Made by a program: the position numbers and the translations under genes. The notes below the pieces were generated by a model that saw only the letters and a program-made list of their open reading frames with translations, had not been told where the DNA came from and did not search any database. This document shows positions 60,929-64,000 of a stretch of DNA of 64,000 nt, one piece after another. How positions within the stretch are numbered: the stretch's first letter is position 1; each line of letters begins with the position of its first letter. The stretch is from contig CM059431.1 of NCBI GenBank assembly GCA_030390025.1, positions 153,638,001-153,702,000 of the forward strand. Direction: 5' to 3'. This DNA comes from Squalus acanthias (lineage: Eukaryota).

Positions 60929-61710
60929 TTACAGCCAATAAAATAATTTATTGAAGTGTAGTCACTGTTGTAATATCGGAAACGCGGCAGCTAATCTGCA
61001 CATAGCAAGATTCCATAAACTGCAATGATCAGAGAACCTTTATTTTTAGTGACATTAGTTGAGGGATAAATATTGGTTCCAGGACAGCGGAGAGAACTCC
61101 CTTGCCATTCTTTGAGATAGTGCCCGTGTGAATCCTTTACATACGTCAAGAGGGCAGATGGGGGCCTTGGTTTAACATCTCATCCCAAAAGACAGCACCT
61201 CCGCCAGTGCAGCGGAGTCCCTCAGTACTGCCCCTCCAACAGTGCACCCTCGGTACTGCCCCTCCGAAAATGCAGCACTTTCTCAATACTGCCCCCTCTG
61301 ACACTGCACCCTCAGTACTGCCCCTCCGACAGTGCACACTCAGTACTGCCCCTCCGACAGTGCACCGTCAGTACTGCCCACTCCGACAATGCAGCTCTCC
61401 CTCAGTACTGCCAGCTCTGACATTGCAGTGCTCCGTCAGTACTGCCCCTCCGACAGTGCACCCTCAGTACTGCCCCTCCAACAATGCAGCACTTGCTCAG
61501 TACTGCACCTCCGACAATGCAGCGCTCCCTCATTACTGCCCCCTCTGACAGTGCACCCTCAGTACTGTCCCTCCGACAATGCAGCACTTGTTCAATACTT
61601 GCACCAGCAGGAGTGTCAGCCTGGGTTATAGGGCTTGAGGTTCTCTGCAGTGGGGTCACGAACCCCCGACCTTCAAACTCAGAGTGCTACTCACTGAGCC
61701 AAGGCTGAAA
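60925..61710 (-). mobile_element. Deu/SacSINE1-like SINE with internal minisatellite (61205-61600)
   Basis: Head near 61620-61710, then a cagtactgcccctccgacagtgc array, then the SINE body. Confidence 0.8.
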
Positions 61711-61904
61711 CCTCCAAATCTAACTGGACACGGGCAGATTACGGGATGTTTAGAGAGGAGAAGGGACACTCCCTGGGCTACGGAAGTGGGGTGGGGAAAT
61801 ATATCTTCACATAACATGCGCAGTCTCTGCCATTCGAGTAAGACTTCTCTGGGAACTTAATGTGGGTCCATTATTGATTCCGAACACTATCTAATGTACT
61901 TTGA

Positions 61905-62285
61905 ACACGGTGGGGCTCTTTTCTCCAGCAAAGATAAGGCTGAGGGGTGACCTGATAGATGTCTTTATGATGAAAGGGGTCCCATAGGGTAGACGTAGAG
62001 AAGATGTTTCCACTTGTTCGGGGAGCCCAAAACACGGTGTCATCAATATAAGATAGCCACTAATAACTCCAACTGATAATTCAGGAGGAACTTCTTCACT
62101 CAGAGTGTAGTGGGAATATGGAACTCACTCCCACAAGGAAAGGTTGAGGCTAAATAAGCACAAGGACGGAAGGAATAAAGGATATGCTGATCGGGCGAGA
62201 TGAAGTAGGGTTGGGAGGAGGTGCATGTGGAGCAGAAACATCAGCAAGGATCCGATTGCCCTCTTTCTGTGCTGTAATTCGATGT
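61905..62285 (+). mobile_element. CR1 3' fragment
   Basis: aggctgaggggtgacctgatag..., similar to 1520-1930. Confidence 0.8.
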
Positions 62286-62289
62286 AGAT

Positions 62290-62645
62290 TGCTGCATCTC
62301 CGCAACTAATCAAATAATCCGCGGAAATGAGCATCATCCGTGGATCGAACTATCTCCAGACTTGAGCAGAACCCAAGGAGCAAGTCTGGGACAGGGCAAG
62401 AGATGCTGCAGACTTGGGGGGAGGGGGGCACCAACCTATACCCATCAAGCAACAGCCCAGACTCCAACACTAACCCTGGGTGTGTCCTGTCCCACCACAA
62501 CAGACCCACCAGAGGTGGCGGCACAGTGATATATAGTCGGGAGGGAGTTGGTCTAGGAGTCCTCTGGACCCAATTAAGTCTCATGGCTTCAGGTCAAACA
62601 TGGGAAGAAACCCCAGCTGATTACCACCTACCGCACTCCCTCAAT
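62290..62645 (+). mobile_element. LINE endonuclease-region remnant
   Basis: PGCVLSHHNRPTRGGGTVIYSREGVGLGVL resembles the APE DR...GGGV motif. Confidence 0.55.
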
Positions 62646-62787
62646 TGCAGTAAATAATCACAACGAGGCAATATCTGCCATCTATGAGTTGTTGACCTCC
62701 ATTCCTTTGGGCTTCACTCACAGGTCGAAACAGACCCCACCTGGACTCGGGCTCCTTTTACAAGGTAGAAAGCACTAATCTCCCAGC

Positions 62788-63030
62788 TCACCTCCCCAGT
62801 GCTCCTCCCTCCCAGTGCAAGGGGACAGCTTCCTCCATCCCCAGTGCACTGCTCCTCCCTCCCAGAGCAAGGGGATAGCTGTCCCCACCCTCAGGATACT
62901 GCCCCTCCCTCACAGAGCAAGGGGACAGCTCTCCCCACCCCCCCAGGACACTGCCCCTCCCTCCCAGAGCAAGGGGACAGCTCCCCCCACCCCCAGGACA
63001 CTGCCCCTCCCTCCCAGAGCAAGGGGGCAA
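62788..63030. repeat. ~50-bp C-rich minisatellite (~5 units)
   Basis: ccccaggacactgcccctccctcccagagcaaggggacagctcccccca. Confidence 0.85.
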
Positions 63031-63189
63031 AAAAATCACCTGTTCCCTGGATCTCACCACCCACATCTTCCAAATGGGGAATCACCGCTGCCCCTCCCCG
63101 CCCCCACTTCAGGAATCCTCCACCATCCCCACATCAAACCCCAACCAATGTTTAACAGCAATGTTAGAGTAAATTCAGGCTCCACAATT

Positions 63190-64000
63190 AGAAAGAACTT
63201 GCATTTATACAGCGCCTTTCACCAACCTCAGGACGTCCCAAAGCGCTTTACATCCAACAAAGTACTTTATTGAAGTGTAGTCAGTATTGTAGTGGAGAAA
63301 ACGCAGTAGCCAATGTAGACGCACAGCAAGATCCCACAAACTGCAATGTGATAAATGACCAGATCATGTGTGGTTTTTAGTGATGTTGGTTGACAGACAA
63401 CAGGGAGAACTGCCCCTGCTCTTCTTCAAAATAGTGGCCATGGGATCTTTTACGTCCACCTGAGGGGGCAGACAGGCCCCTTAGTTCAACTTCTCATCTA
63501 AAAAGACTGCACCACAGACAGTGCAGCACTCCCTCAGTACTGTCCCTCCGATAGCGCAGCCCTCCCTCAGTACTGTCCCTCCGACAGTACAGCGCTCCCC
63601 CAGTACTGTCTCTCCGACAGTGCGGCGATCCCTCAGTACTGCCCCTCCGACAGTGCGGCGCTCACTCAGTACTGTCCCTCCGACAGCGCAGCCCTCCCTC
63701 AGTACTGTCCCTCCGACAGTGCGGCGCTCCCTCAGAACTGTCCCTCCGACAGTACGGCGCTCCCTCAGTACAGTCCCTCCGACACCGCGGCCCTCCCTCA
63801 GTACTGTCCCTCCGACAGTGCGGCGCTCCCTCAGTACTGCCCCTCCGACAGTGCGGCGCTCCCTCAGTACTGCCCCTCCGACAGTGCGGTGCTCCCTCAG
63901 TACTGTCCCTCCGACAGTGCGGCGCTCCCTCAGTACTGCCCCTCCGACAGTGCGGCGCTCCCTCAGTACTGTCTCTCCGACAGTGCTGCGCTGCCTCAGT
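63190..64000 (-). mobile_element. Deu/SacSINE1-like SINE running into a 33-bp minisatellite (63515-64000)
   Basis: SINE body, then (ccctcagtactgtccctccgacagtgcggcgct)n to the window end. Confidence 0.88.

Overview
Repeat-dense vertebrate genomic DNA, most likely from a cartilaginous fish (shark). This is inferred from the CR1 LINE tails, Deu/SacSINE1-like SINEs, Penelope elements and GPR139/142-like receptor paralogues. Host genes: two disrupted two-exon GPR139/142-like GPCR paralogues arranged head-to-head around a ~12 kb 26-bp satellite. The satellite flips orientation exactly at a Penelope insertion. There is also an apparently intact, spliced, signal-peptide-bearing ecto-ADP-ribosyltransferase (ARTC family) on the minus strand with a Q-x-E catalytic loop. 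Other content: a decayed tRNA-Lys(TTT) cluster, a young CR1 with an open ORF2, three well-formed and one degenerate minimal hammerhead ribozymes, several minisatellites born from SINE/LINE sequence, and a frameshifted ~640 bp fragment resembling a paramyxovirus-F-like viral envelope protein (candidate lokiretrovirus-type env). Most long ORFs in the track are artefacts of simple repeats. All assignments are by eye; repeat boundaries are approximate.
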